Origin: an uncultured Bacteroidales bacterium
GTDB taxonomy: Bacteria > Bacteroidota > Bacteroidia > Bacteroidales > GCA-2748055
Direction: 5' to 3'
NCBI GenBank assembly: GCA_963751705.1
Contig: CAVVVN010000003.1
Span: 855,446-919,445 of the forward strand
DNA length: 64,000 nucleotides
Every line of letters starts with the position of its first letter. The first letter of the stretch is position 1. The notes beneath the pieces were generated by a model. That model made no database searches, was not told the origin of the DNA, and worked only from the letters and a program-made list of their open reading frames with translations. Position numbers and translations under genes: made by a program. Below, piece by piece: positions 40,518-50,821 of the stretch.

Positions 40518-41630
40518 ATGCATCTGAAGACACTTTCCCTGGTCAATTTTAAGAATTATGAACAGTTGGATATTCCGCTTTCAGCGAAAATCAACTGTTT
40601 TGTGGGGGAGAACGGAGTGGGAAAGACCAACCTGCTGGATGCCATCCATTACCTTTCCCTTTGCAAAAGCAATCTGAATCCGGTGGATAGTCAGAATGTG
40701 AGATACGAAGAGGAGTTTCTGGTCATTCAGGGTGTCTTTGAAAGATTGGGTAAAGAGGAGAAAATTTATTGTGGAATACGAAAGCAGAAAAAGAAGCAAT
40801 TCAAACGCAATCAAAAGGAGTACAGTAAACTCTCTGAGCATATCGGGCTGATCCCTCTGGTCATGATCTCACCGGCTGATGCTTTGCTGATCAACGGGGG
40901 GAGCGAGGAGCGAAGGAAGTTCATGAACGGTGTGATCGCTCAGTATAGCAGGGTATATCTGGAGAACCTGATTCAATACAACAGGGCATTGACCCAGCGT
41001 AATCGTTTGCTTAAAAACTTTGCTCTTGCACGGAAGTTTGATCCGGAGAGCCTGGAAGTATGGGATGAGCAGCTGATTCGCTACGGAGAACCTATCTTTG
41101 AGGAGCGTTCACGTTTTGTAAATGAGCTCTTGCCTGTTTTCAACTTGTTCCATTCACATATTTCCGGGATGCGTGAGCAGGTCAGTCTCAGTTACCAGGC
41201 ACCACTGAAGGAAAGGAATTTCAAGGAGGGTCTGCGGGCTTCCCTTGAAAAGGACCGCTATCTCCAGTACACTACATTTGGCTTGCACAAGGATGACCTT
41301 GGAATGGAGCTGGGGGGGTATAGCTTAAAAAAAAGTGGTTCGCAGGGTCAGCAAAAAACCTTCCTGGTTGCTCTGAAACTGGCAGAATTTGAGTTCATCC
41401 GGAAACGGATGGAGATCCCGCCCATACTTTTACTGGATGATATTTTTGATAAATTTGATGCTGGAAGGGTGAAACAGATCATCAGCCTGGTGGCGGAAAA
41501 CCAGTTCGGGCAGATTTTTATTACCGATACCAATGAGCAACGATTGCAGGGAATCCTGCAGGAGATTCCTGCCGACCACAAGGTGTTCAGGATCAATTCA
41601 GAAGCCAGCTTAGAAGAAATGCCCACATAA
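40518..41630 (+). CDS. recF: DNA replication/repair protein RecF
   Basis: MHLKTLSLVNFKNY... from the ATG at 40518. Walker A GENGVGKTNLLDA, signature SGSQGQQKT, Walker B LLLDDIF. Confidence 0.9.
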   Translation: MHLKTLSLVNFKNYEQLDIPLSAKINCFVGENGVGKTNLLDAIHYLSLCKSNLNPVDSQNVRYEEEFLVIQGVFERLGKEEKIYCGIRKQKKKQFKRNQKEYSKLSEHIGLIPLVMISPADALLINGGSEERRKFMNGVIAQYSRVYLENLIQYNRALTQRNRLLKNFALARKFDPESLEVWDEQLIRYGEPIFEERSRFVNELLPVFNLFHSHISGMREQVSLSYQAPLKERNFKEGLRASLEKDRYLQYTTFGLHKDDLGMELGGYSLKKSGSQGQQKTFLVALKLAEFEFIRKRMEIPPILLLDDIFDKFDAGRVKQIISLVAENQFGQIFITDTNEQRLQGILQEIPADHKVFRINSEASLEEMPT

Positions 41631-41631
41631 A

Positions 41632-41922
41632 ATGCAGAGAAAAGAGGTCAGGAAAATCGATACGCTACTTCAGCAATTTGTTAAGGCCAACCGTCTGGAA
41701 AAGGGTTTGGCAGAATACAGGCTGATGAAGTCATGGAAAGATCTGCTTGGTATTTCTGTAGCCAAAAAGACCAAATCTATTCGGATACATAACCGCAAGC
41801 TCTATGTCACTCTTCACTCCTCTGTGGTTCGAAATGAGCTCAGCCTGATCAAAGAATCCCTGATCCCCAAACTCAATGAAGCTGCGGGGATGGATGTGAT
41901 AGATGATGTGGTACTCAGATAA
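41632..41922 (+). CDS. DUF721 domain protein (recF-associated)
   Basis: 96 aa. Conserved position immediately after recF, and sequence of the DUF721 type (LYVTLHSSVVRNEL). Confidence 0.7.
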   Translation: MQRKEVRKIDTLLQQFVKANRLEKGLAEYRLMKSWKDLLGISVAKKTKSIRIHNRKLYVTLHSSVVRNELSLIKESLIPKLNEAAGMDVIDDVVLR

Positions 41923-42342
41923 TCAGAAGCGCTGCAGGCCCGAGAAGAAAAACGAAGACTCCACTTGCGCATTCTCATCCGAATCTGATCCATGTACCGC
42001 ATTTTCCTGCATGCTTTTTGCATACTTCTTTCTAATGGTGCCCTCTTCTGCTTTCTCTGGATCGGTGGCACCAATTAGCTTGCGGTAATCTTCCACGGCA
42101 TTTTCTTTCTTCAGAACAGCAACCACAATCGGACCGGAGGTCATGAATTCGACCAGGTCGTTGTAGAAGGGCCGCTCCTTGTGTACTTCGTAAAAACGTT
42201 GTGCCTCCCCCTTGGTGAGCCAGAGCATACGCATGGCTGAGATCTTGAAGCCTTTTTCATGGATCATGTTCAGAATAGGCCCGATGTGGCCGTTGGCTAC
42301 GGCAAATGGTTTGATAATGGTAAAGGTGATGTTTCCAGACAT
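41923..42342 (-). CDS. ndk: Nucleoside-diphosphate kinase
   Basis: [15 protein letters not shown]... from the ATG at 42342, with the active-site region NAVHGSDS. Confidence 0.9.
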   Translation of the reverse strand: MSGNITFTIIKPFAVANGHIGPILNMIHEKGFKISAMRMLWLTKGEAQRFYEVHKERPFYNDLVEFMTSGPIVVAVLKKENAVEDYRKLIGATDPEKAEEGTIRKKYAKSMQENAVHGSDSDENAQVESSFFFSGLQRF

Positions 42343-42444
42343 AAAATTTTCAGTTTTAATAATGCATATTAACAAATAATATTGGGCTTTGTTAAGCCAC
42401 CTTCAATATTTTTTAACTTTGATCCCTTAAACAGCGATGGAACT

Positions 42445-43464
42445 ATGGTAGAGGAAGGAACAGCAAGAACAATACGAACCTGGATTGAGTCGTCCAGCAG
42501 GGTGGCGGTACTTACCCACACAAACCCCGATGGCGATGCAATTGGCTCAAGTCTGGCCCTTGCTCTGGCTCTGAGGAAGATGGGGAAGGATACACAGGTT
42601 GTGATTCCCGATGGCTTACCTGATTTTCTTCGTTGGCTTCCCGGAATTGAACTTGCCACCACTTTTGCCTATAAGCGGGACAAGGCCATTGAGATTATTG
42701 AAGGAGCCGATCTGATCTTCTGTCTTGATTTCAACGACCCAAAGCGTTTGAATGGGGTAGCAGAATTTCTTCAAAAATCAAAAGCGAAGAAAGTGCTGAT
42801 TGACCACCACCAGGAACCCATGGAGTTTACTGATATTGCCATATCAGAGACCGAGAGGGGATCTGTCGGGGAAATGATATATCTCTTCCTAAAAAATGTT
42901 CTGCAAAGTGAGTTGTTGGACAAAGAGATTGCCACCTGCCTGTATGTGGCCATCATGACCGATACAGGAAATTTCAACTATGCGAGCAGCTATCCGGAGA
43001 TTTTTCATATTGTTGGCGATCTTTTGAATTACGATATTGAAAAGGACCGGATTTATTCCAATGTGTATGATGCCTTTTCCGAGGATCGAATGCGCCTGCA
43101 GGGATATTGCATGCTTGAAAAGATGGTCGTGTTTCCGGAGTATCATACCGCCTATATCAGCCTGACCGATGAAGAGTTAATGAGGTTTAATCACCGGAAG
43201 GGCGATACCGAAGGATTTGTAAATATTCCTTTTTCCGTAAAGGGTGTGAAATTTACGGCGCTTTTTGTGGAAAAGAAGGACCGGATAAAAATTTCGTTCC
43301 GTTCGCGCGGAAGCTTCCCGGTGAACCTGGTGGCATCGGAACACTATCATGGAGGAGGGCATATCAATGCCGCCGGAGGGGATTCTTTTCTGAGTATGAA
43401 GGAGACTCTGGCTGGATTTGAATCTCTGTTGCCCGGATATGCTAAGAGGCTTAAAGATGAATAA
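42445..43464 (+). CDS. DHH/DHHA1 phosphoesterase (NrnA-like oligoribonuclease/pAp phosphatase)
   Basis: THTNPDGDAIGS, MTDTGNF and GGGHINAAGG motifs. The probable start is the ATG at 42445. Confidence 0.8.
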   Translation: MVEEGTARTIRTWIESSSRVAVLTHTNPDGDAIGSSLALALALRKMGKDTQVVIPDGLPDFLRWLPGIELATTFAYKRDKAIEIIEGADLIFCLDFNDPKRLNGVAEFLQKSKAKKVLIDHHQEPMEFTDIAISETERGSVGEMIYLFLKNVLQSELLDKEIATCLYVAIMTDTGNFNYASSYPEIFHIVGDLLNYDIEKDRIYSNVYDAFSEDRMRLQGYCMLEKMVVFPEYHTAYISLTDEELMRFNHRKGDTEGFVNIPFSVKGVKFTALFVEKKDRIKISFRSRGSFPVNLVASEHYHGGGHINAAGGDSFLSMKETLAGFESLLPGYAKRLKDE

Positions 43465-43984
43465 GAAGTTTTATTACCTGTTTCTTACTTTTTCTTCTCT
43501 TCTATTGAATGCTTGCGACCCCCCGGTCCAGGAGCAAGAGGAGAGCGGGAGTAGCCAGGTGTCGGAACAATTCATCCGGGTCAACCAGTATATGCAGCAA
43601 CGGCACCAGGATCAAATTTCGGCCTTTCTGGAGCGGGTGGGCTGGAAGGCCGAAGTCACCCCTTCGGGTTTATGGATCGTACGGGAAAAACCCGGTTCGG
43701 GGAGGCGTATCGTGGAGAATAGCAGGGTTAGCTACATCTTTGAATCCACGCTGTTGGATGGCACACCTTGTTACCGGGCAAGCGTGGAGAATCCCAAAGT
43801 GATTACCATTGGAAAAGGTGGAGTTGAGTCGGGTGTTGAACAGGGTTTGCAGTTTTTATCCGAAGGCGCGGAGGCCATATTCCTGATCCCCCCCCATCTG
43901 GGGCACGGAAATTTCGGGGATAGGGAGAAGATTCCGGGTAATTCGGTACTGATTTATAAAGTACAGGTTCTGAAGGTGGACTAA
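43457..43984 (+). CDS. FKBP-type peptidyl-prolyl cis-trans isomerase (secreted/lipoprotein)
   Basis: MNKKFYYLFLTFSSLLLNAC from the ATG at 43457, which overlaps the previous stop by 8 nt. The C-terminal FKBP fold reads IPPHLGHGNFGD...IPGNSVLIYKVQVL. Confidence 0.8.
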   Translation: MNKKFYYLFLTFSSLLLNACDPPVQEQEESGSSQVSEQFIRVNQYMQQRHQDQISAFLERVGWKAEVTPSGLWIVREKPGSGRRIVENSRVSYIFESTLLDGTPCYRASVENPKVITIGKGGVESGVEQGLQFLSEGAEAIFLIPPHLGHGNFGDREKIPGNSVLIYKVQVLKVD

Positions 43985-44076
43985 GGTTCATATATTATAT
44001 TAATTTTGCACAATATTTTATATACAGTGGGGTTTTGAAGAGGAATGGAACCGCTGTTTGAAGAGAAGGAAATAAC

Positions 44077-45072
44077 ATGAAGATTATTAACAGAATATAT
44101 CCCTACTTGATTTTGATTGCGGGCCTGGCTATGCTGGTTTCCTGCACAGAAGAAAACACGGATCAGGATGCTTTGGCCCAGGAACAACGTTTTTTCGAGA
44201 TCTACATGGGAGCAAACTATCCCGGTGCTGTGCCCCAGCCCAGCGGTCTCTATTATATTGAGAATAAAGAAGGTACGGGCGATATGCCTGGTGATAGCTC
44301 CTGGGTTCTGATTAATCATGTGGCCTATACTCTTCCCGATGAAGCAGTATTTGACACTTACATCGAACGGGTGGCCATAGATCACCTCATGGAGGATACA
44401 ATGGCCATGTATGGACCCTACAAGATGAGAAACGGGGTTCTGAATGAAGGGTTTACCGAAGGTTTGACCATGATGAAGGAAGGAGGAGAAGCCACTTTCC
44501 TCTTTACCAGCGAGCTGGGATATGGTTCCACAAATGCGGGCAATGTGGGCGCCTACCGATCCTTGAAATATGAAGTAATACTGCTGGAGGTACTTGGTGA
44601 TGATATTGAGGCCTATGAAGCGACGAAAATTCTGGCCTACACGGATACCATATTTGGAATTGATGCCATATTCGACGAAACAACGGAGGCGACTATGTAT
44701 TATGTGGTGGATTCTGTAACAGAAGGTGCGCCTGTTGCCATCGATTCAACCATCCAGGTAGCCTATAAAGGGTATCTTACCGATGGAAGGGTATTTGATG
44801 AATCCCCTGAGGATAATTACTATCAGTTTAAAGTAGGGGATTATGAAGCAGAAACCAGTCCCATCGTTGGATGGCACCTGGGTTTGGAAAAATTTAAAAA
44901 AGGAGAGAAAGGACGCCTGATAATTCCCCATACCCTTGCCTATGGGGAATTAGGAAAATTTACCAGTCAGGGAAATGTGTCTATTCCTGCCTATGAGATA
45001 CTGGTATTTGAGGTGGAGGTGATCAGTGTGGATCCGGATGAAGAGGAGGAGGACCCAGGCGAGGAACTTTAA
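44077..45072 (+). CDS. FKBP-type peptidyl-prolyl isomerase, two-domain lipoprotein
   Basis: Lipobox LAMLVSC. FKBP-like segments (FTSELGYGS; IIPHTLAYGELG...IPAYEILVFEVEVI) and an acidic tail. Confidence 0.75.
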   Translation: MKIINRIYPYLILIAGLAMLVSCTEENTDQDALAQEQRFFEIYMGANYPGAVPQPSGLYYIENKEGTGDMPGDSSWVLINHVAYTLPDEAVFDTYIERVAIDHLMEDTMAMYGPYKMRNGVLNEGFTEGLTMMKEGGEATFLFTSELGYGSTNAGNVGAYRSLKYEVILLEVLGDDIEAYEATKILAYTDTIFGIDAIFDETTEATMYYVVDSVTEGAPVAIDSTIQVAYKGYLTDGRVFDESPEDNYYQFKVGDYEAETSPIVGWHLGLEKFKKGEKGRLIIPHTLAYGELGKFTSQGNVSIPAYEILVFEVEVISVDPDEEEEDPGEEL

Positions 45073-45075
45073 TTT

Positions 45076-45780
45076 TCACCTACCTATAAGAAACAGAACC
45101 GGTCTTTTATGAAGGGCTGGTTTTTTCTTTTTCCATGCCCCTGCGCTTTTCGTAACTATAAACTCGGATTCCAGAGTAATATCGGCCGCAATACAGAGCT
45201 TGGTGGAAGGAATACAGGTTTCCAGAATATCCAAGAGTAGAGCGTCATTGCGATAGGGTGCTTCAATAAATAACTGGGTCTCACCTGAACGAACAGCCTT
45301 CTGCTCTATCTCCCGGATCTTTTTGATCCGCTCAGGTCGTTTTACAGGCAGGTAGCCATGAAAACAGAAACTTTGCCCGTTTAATCCGGAGGCCATCAAT
45401 GCCAGCAGGATCGAGGAGGGTCCCGTTAAAGGAACCACCCTGATCCCCTTCTCGTGAGCTACACGGACCACTTCTGCCCCGGGATCTGCAACACCGGGAA
45501 CCCCTGCGTCAGAGATGATGGCTGCATCCATCCCTTTGTCCACCTGATCCAGAAATGAAGGAATCTCCTCCGGCGGGGTATGTTCGTTCAACTCAATAAA
45601 GCTCAGGGAATCAATCTCTATCTCCCTGTTCAGACTCTTCAAATACCGCCTGGAATTTCTCAGGTTCTCCACAATAAACAGCTTGATATGGTTCACCCTC
45701 TCCTTTATTCCTTCCGGAATGGTTTCGGCAGTATCTGGATTTCCCAGGGTGTTCGGTACCAGGTAGAGGACTCCTTTCAT
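45076..45780 (-). CDS. SAM-dependent methyltransferase of the tetrapyrrole-methylase fold (RsmI-like)
   Basis: MKGVLYLVPNTLGN from the ATG at 45780, with ISDAGVPGVADPG and PGPSSILLAL motifs. Confidence 0.75.
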   Translation of the reverse strand: MKGVLYLVPNTLGNPDTAETIPEGIKERVNHIKLFIVENLRNSRRYLKSLNREIEIDSLSFIELNEHTPPEEIPSFLDQVDKGMDAAIISDAGVPGVADPGAEVVRVAHEKGIRVVPLTGPSSILLALMASGLNGQSFCFHGYLPVKRPERIKKIREIEQKAVRSGETQLFIEAPYRNDALLLDILETCIPSTKLCIAADITLESEFIVTKSAGAWKKKKPALHKRPVLFLIGR

Positions 45781-45851
45781 GGGCTGTGTAAAGAATGAAT
45801 TAATAAAAATAGTTATAACTTCGTGAATAGCGTAATGCAACAAGATACCAT

Positions 45852-46613
45852 TTGAAAATTACTTTTCTTGGTACCGGTACTTCTCAGGGTGTTCCGGTAA
45901 TTGGATGCAGATGTGCAGGCTGCATGTCTGAAGATGAACGTGACAAACGGCTGAGGTCCTCCATACTCCTGGAGCAGGGTGAACAGGTGCTGGTGATCGA
46001 TACCGGACCGGACTTCAGGCAACAGATGCTGCGGGCAGGAGTTTCTAAACTGGATGCGGTTCTGTTTACACACGAGCACCGGGACCACATTGCAGGACTG
46101 GATGACATTCGTGCCTTTAATTTCATCCAGAAGAGCCCCATGGATGTGTTTGCGGAAGAGCGGGTAAGGCGGGCGCTAATTAGTGGGTTTCCCTATGTTT
46201 TTGCTGAAAAGAAATACCCCGGGATTCCCCAGGTGATCATGCATCCTATGTCAAACACTCCATTTCAAGTGGGAGAACTTAAGATCATTCCCATCCGGAT
46301 GATGCACTACCGCCTGCCCGTGCTGGGTTTTCGAGTGGGTGATTTTGCTTACCTGACGGATGGTAACTATATATCTGAAGCAGAAAAAGAGAAGTTATTT
46401 GGGGTTAAATATTTGGTGGTAAATGCCTTAAGAAGGGAACCCCATATCTCGCACTTCACCCTTTCCGAAGCTGTGAACCTGATTGAAGAGTTAAGTCCCC
46501 GCATGGCCTATCTCACCCATATTTCCCATCAGATGGGTCCCCATTCAGAACTTGAAAAAGAACTTTCACCACAGATACGGCCCGCCTACGATGGCCTGGT
46601 GCTGGAGGTATAA
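45852..46613 (+). CDS. MBL-fold metallo-hydrolase (PhnP-like)
   Basis: TTG start. KITFLGTGTSQGVP and the THEHRDH metal motif. Confidence 0.8.
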   Translation: MKITFLGTGTSQGVPVIGCRCAGCMSEDERDKRLRSSILLEQGEQVLVIDTGPDFRQQMLRAGVSKLDAVLFTHEHRDHIAGLDDIRAFNFIQKSPMDVFAEERVRRALISGFPYVFAEKKYPGIPQVIMHPMSNTPFQVGELKIIPIRMMHYRLPVLGFRVGDFAYLTDGNYISEAEKEKLFGVKYLVVNALRREPHISHFTLSEAVNLIEELSPRMAYLTHISHQMGPHSELEKELSPQIRPAYDGLVLEV

Positions 46614-47803
46614 TCTCTTACCTGCTCCATCTCCTTTCCTGAACTGATAAATAAAACAGCAGTAAGAATACTGAAAACCAAAAAGATGATTCCTGCCAGG
46701 CTTAGGGCCTGCGGCAGGGAATACAGGTCCTTGACCCAACCCAGAAGTGGTCCGGTTAGGGCAAAAAGAAGGCGGATAATAAAATTTCTCACGGATAGCA
46801 CAGTGGCCCTGATATGGGAGGCTGTGATCCGGTTAATGTAGTCTTTTAAAACCGGGGTGGCATAGCCCCTGATCAGGTAGAAGAGATAGAGGACCACCAG
46901 GCCAATGGGGAGATGGAACCTGCTCAGGGCCAGGTAGCCCAAAGGGAGAAGCAGGGAGATAAGTAGAATGGATCCTTTTTGTCCCACTCTTTTTTCAAGT
47001 CTGTGTGCCGTGTAGGAGGTGATAGCCACCGTCAGGTTCAGGGTGGTCCAGAGAATCCCGAACCAGGCAATATCGATTTTTGTATATTCAAAAAAGGGCT
47101 GGGCAAACCAGGCCATAGTCAGGGTAGCGGTTCCGGTTATGGCGCTGAAAAGGATGTTGCGTCTAAGTGGACGATCCGTAAAGAGGGCAAACCTGGCAAT
47201 ATGCAGGATCTCGCCAATCCCGGCCTTTATCAGGGGGATTTTGCGCGTGGGCTCCACCAGGGTAATGGCCGCAGGCAAGGCGATGAAAGCCACAAAAATC
47301 TGTGCAAAATAGGGGGTTCGGATCGTTATTCCGGCCAGCAAACCTCCAATAATCCCAGCCAGGGCTTCAGCGACGTTCCCCAGGGCGGTAATCCTGCCCT
47401 CAAAGCGGGTATATTTTTTCTCCTCGCCTCTGTCCAGCAGCGAATCATAAAGCATGGCCGAGTCGGCTCCCGAAATGCAGCTCTGCCCGATTCCCAGGAT
47501 AATCTCGGCAATAAGAAAACCTAAAAAACCATAGCTCAGACTGTAGGTGGTAAACCCAAAGACCCCAAAGACTGCACCGATTATCAGTGTTTTCTTCCTG
47601 CCAATGACATCGGCCAGGTAACCTGAAGGCACCTCCAGGACCACAATAGCAATGGAGTAAACAGCCTGCAGGATCATGATATCCTTCATGGAAAGACCAT
47701 TGCTTTCGTAAAAAGGAACCACGATGGGCATGTAGAGCATGAACCATTTGGCGGTCTTGATCAGGTAGAGCCGGATGATGTTTGGATGGAGTGATTTAGG
47801 CAA
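46586..47803 (-). CDS. MFS transporter
   Basis: 405 aa with about 12 predicted hydrophobic helices and DVIGRKK between TM2 and TM3. A 28-nt convergent overlap with the MBL gene. Confidence 0.8.
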   Translation of the reverse strand: MPKSLHPNIIRLYLIKTAKWFMLYMPIVVPFYESNGLSMKDIMILQAVYSIAIVVLEVPSGYLADVIGRKKTLIIGAVFGVFGFTTYSLSYGFLGFLIAEIILGIGQSCISGADSAMLYDSLLDRGEEKKYTRFEGRITALGNVAEALAGIIGGLLAGITIRTPYFAQIFVAFIALPAAITLVEPTRKIPLIKAGIGEILHIARFALFTDRPLRRNILFSAITGTATLTMAWFAQPFFEYTKIDIAWFGILWTTLNLTVAITSYTAHRLEKRVGQKGSILLISLLLPLGYLALSRFHLPIGLVVLYLFYLIRGYATPVLKDYINRITASHIRATVLSVRNFIIRLLFALTGPLLGWVKDLYSLPQALSLAGIIFLVFSILTAVLFISSGKEMEQVRDYTSSTRPS

Positions 47804-47890
47804 GAAAGCTGGTTTTGAAGTAAAACTATAAAAAGAGAAGCGATCGCCCAGAGATGTTTTAGAAAATATTTAATGAAATGGCTTTGTAGC

Positions 47891-47898
47891 TATCTTTG
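47891..47898 (+). promoter_or_regulatory. Candidate -7 promoter box (TAnnTTTG)
   Basis: TATCTTTG lies 17 nt upstream of the ATG at 47916. Confidence 0.3.
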
Positions 47899-47915
47899 GA
47901 TACAAACAACGGAAT

Positions 47916-49730
47916 ATGGGCATGACAGTTATTGAAAAGATCCTTGCAGCACACACTAACATGGATCAGGTGCGTCCCGGCGACATCGTGGATGTGGTGA
48001 TAGATGCACGGGTAGCCCGTGATTTTGGAGGCGCAAATGTGGTCAAGCACCTGGAAGATAATGATTTGACCATAGATGATCCTGCTTCAACCTTTTTCAC
48101 CTTTGACTGTAATCCCACGGGATCAGATCAGAAATATGCAGCGAATCAGCATAAGTGCAGACAGTATGCTCAGAAAGCGGGAATCAGGGTCTATGACATT
48201 GATAAGGGTATCGGGACCCATATCCTCATGGAGGAGGGACTATGCTATCCGGGTTCCACAGCGGTTTCAACCGACTCCCATGCCAATATCCTGGGGGCAA
48301 TTGGAGCATTTGGACAGGGGATGGGCGATAAAGATATTGCCGTGGCCTGGCACAAAGGGTCCACCTGGTTCAAGGTGCCGGCAAGCGTTAAAATTATACT
48401 GGAGGGCTCCCTGGATCCCTCTCTTACTGCCAAAGATGTGGTTCTGAACCTCCTGGATAAATTCGGGGCCAGTACCCTGCTGGGCTATGCCATAGAAATG
48501 GAGGGGGAAGCAGCGGAAAAACTAAGCTTGGATCAGCGCATCACCATTGCCTCCATGGCCACGGAGATGGGGGCCATAATCATTCTCTTCCAACCAAATA
48601 CAGAGGTGATCCGCTATTGTGAATCAAGGTCAAGAAGGAAAGTGGAACCCGTGCTGGCTGATGCGGATGCCCATTATGAAGAGGTCTTTCACGTGGATGT
48701 ATCCAGGTTTACTTCCCGGATCTCCCTTCCCGGGAAACCGCATGATACCTCTGAACTTCCCACTGAGAAGGTTTGGATTGATTCGGCCTTTATAGGAAGC
48801 TGTACCAATGGAAGAATGGAAGACATGAGAGCTGCCGCTGCGGTTTTGAAGGGAAGAAGAGTGTCAGAAGGAGTGGTTCTGAAGATTGTTCCTGCCACAG
48901 ACAGGGTCTGGCAGGCCTGCCTGGAAGAGGGATTGCTCGAGATTTTTAAAGAAGCCGGGGCCCTGGTCTCCAATGCAGGATGTGCCGGATGTGCCGCCGG
49001 GCAGGTGGGGCAGAACGGACCAGGCGAGATTACCATAAGTACCGGGAACCGGAACTTTCCCGGGAAACAGGGGCAGGGAGAAGTATACCTGGCTTCGCCC
49101 TCTGTAGTGGCTGCATCCGCCATTGCAGGGTACATTAGCACCTTTGAAGCTCTTCCGGAGCATCCTGAAACAAGGCAATACAAGCCAGGCACGGAAAACC
49201 GGTCCGGAATGAAAAAGGAGAAAAACACTTCCGGCTCCATCCCTCGTCCCAATGAAATTGAAGGACGGGCATGGGTTATCCCCACGGATAATATTGATAC
49301 CGATATGATCTTTCACAACCGGCATCTCTCCATTACCGAAATTGACGAGATGGGTCAGTATACTTTTGGGAACCTGGAGGGATACGAGGACTTTGCGAAA
49401 AAAGTGAAACCGGGCGATATTGTGGTTGCCGGTAAAAACTTCGGATCGGGAAGTTCCAGGCAACAGGCAGTTGACTGTTTTATCTCACTGGGTATTCAGT
49501 GCGTGCTGGCGGAATCATTTGGAGCGATTTACGAAAGAAATGCCATCAACGCTGCTTTCCCCATTGTAAGTTCTGACCGTATTGCATCTCTGGAAATTGA
49601 AGAGGGAGAGAAGATCAGCCTGAATTTCGAAACAGGTGCCATTCGTAATGTAACCAAGAATATCCTGCTTGAGTCAGCTCCATTTTCAGAAGTGCAGATG
49701 GAGATATACCAGAATAACGGACTGTTTTAA
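47916..49730 (+). CDS. Aconitase-superfamily hydro-lyase, fused large and small subunits (LeuC-LeuD/HacA-HacB type), paralog 1
   Basis: 604 aa. Large-subunit part has cluster cysteines (GSCTNGR; AGCAGCAAG). A roughly 40-aa linker leads to the small-subunit part (NIDTDMI...GKNFGSGSSRQQA). Confidence 0.8.
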   Translation: MGMTVIEKILAAHTNMDQVRPGDIVDVVIDARVARDFGGANVVKHLEDNDLTIDDPASTFFTFDCNPTGSDQKYAANQHKCRQYAQKAGIRVYDIDKGIGTHILMEEGLCYPGSTAVSTDSHANILGAIGAFGQGMGDKDIAVAWHKGSTWFKVPASVKIILEGSLDPSLTAKDVVLNLLDKFGASTLLGYAIEMEGEAAEKLSLDQRITIASMATEMGAIIILFQPNTEVIRYCESRSRRKVEPVLADADAHYEEVFHVDVSRFTSRISLPGKPHDTSELPTEKVWIDSAFIGSCTNGRMEDMRAAAAVLKGRRVSEGVVLKIVPATDRVWQACLEEGLLEIFKEAGALVSNAGCAGCAAGQVGQNGPGEITISTGNRNFPGKQGQGEVYLASPSVVAASAIAGYISTFEALPEHPETRQYKPGTENRSGMKKEKNTSGSIPRPNEIEGRAWVIPTDNIDTDMIFHNRHLSITEIDEMGQYTFGNLEGYEDFAKKVKPGDIVVAGKNFGSGSSRQQAVDCFISLGIQCVLAESFGAIYERNAINAAFPIVSSDRIASLEIEEGEKISLNFETGAIRNVTKNILLESAPFSEVQMEIYQNNGLF

Positions 49731-49740
49731 AAAAAAAATT

Positions 49741-50775
49741 ATGAGACTGATCATTCCAGAAGGGTATAAATCCCTTATTACTTTGAAGGAGACTGAAAAA
49801 ATTCTCCAGATGTTAAAAGACCATTTTGAAGCGGGACTCTCAGCCGATTTCAGGTTGCGCAGGGTTACCGCACCGCTCTTTGTGCTGAAAGGCACAGGCT
49901 TGAATGATGATCTGCACGGTTATGAAAAACCGGTGGTGTTCCCCATTAAGGATATGCGTGGTCAGGAGGCAGAAGTGGTTCAGTCGCTGGCTAAATGGAA
50001 GCGGATGATGCTGCGGGATTATGACATCGCTGTGGGATACGGAATTTATACGGATATGAATGCGCTCAGGCCCGATGAAGAGCTGGATAATCTTCATTCC
50101 CTGTATGTGGACCAGTGGGACTGGGAGAGGGCCATTCACACGGAAGACCGGACCCTGGATACTCTGAAGGACGCTGTGCAAAAGGTATGGCAGAATATTA
50201 AGCGGACCGAGTTTTTTATACATACTTTTTATGCCAACCTGGAACCGGTCCTTCCGGAAGAGATCACTTTTATACATTCGGAGCAATTGTATGAGATGTA
50301 TCCTGATCTGACGCCCAGGGAGAGGGAAAACAAAATTGCCGAAAAGCACGGAGCTGTATTTATTATTGGAATCGGCCATGACCTGCCGGATGGAAAACCC
50401 CATGATCTGCGGGCCCCGGACTATGATGACTGGAGCACAGAAACGGTGGATGGCTACCGGGGATTGAATGGAGATATTATTGTCTGGAACGAGATCCTGG
50501 AGTGTGCAGTAGAACTTACCTCCATGGGGATCCGGGTAAATAAGTCCGAACTGATGACCCAGCTGGAACTCACAAAAAAGCTGGAAGATGCTGAGCTACT
50601 CTTTCACAGGCGATTGTTAAACGATGAACTTCCCTCCTCTATCGGTGGTGGAATCGGCCAGTCACGGACGGCGATGCAACTGCTGCGGAAAGCCCATATC
50701 GGGGAGGTGCAATCGGCCATCTGGCCCGGCGAAATGGTGGACCATTGCAGCCGCTCCGGCATCAAACTGGTATAG
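49741..50775 (+). CDS. asnA: Aspartate--ammonia ligase (asparagine synthetase A)
   Basis: MRLIIPEGYKS from the ATG at 49741. The C-terminal SSIGGGIGQSRTAMQLLRKAHIGEVQ matches the AsnA signature. Confidence 0.9.
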   Translation: MRLIIPEGYKSLITLKETEKILQMLKDHFEAGLSADFRLRRVTAPLFVLKGTGLNDDLHGYEKPVVFPIKDMRGQEAEVVQSLAKWKRMMLRDYDIAVGYGIYTDMNALRPDEELDNLHSLYVDQWDWERAIHTEDRTLDTLKDAVQKVWQNIKRTEFFIHTFYANLEPVLPEEITFIHSEQLYEMYPDLTPRERENKIAEKHGAVFIIGIGHDLPDGKPHDLRAPDYDDWSTETVDGYRGLNGDIIVWNEILECAVELTSMGIRVNKSELMTQLELTKKLEDAELLFHRRLLNDELPSSIGGGIGQSRTAMQLLRKAHIGEVQSAIWPGEMVDHCSRSGIKLV

Positions 50776-50821
50776 GATAAAGCACGCGTAACTTTTACAG
50801 ATAAACCTTAACTTCCCACCC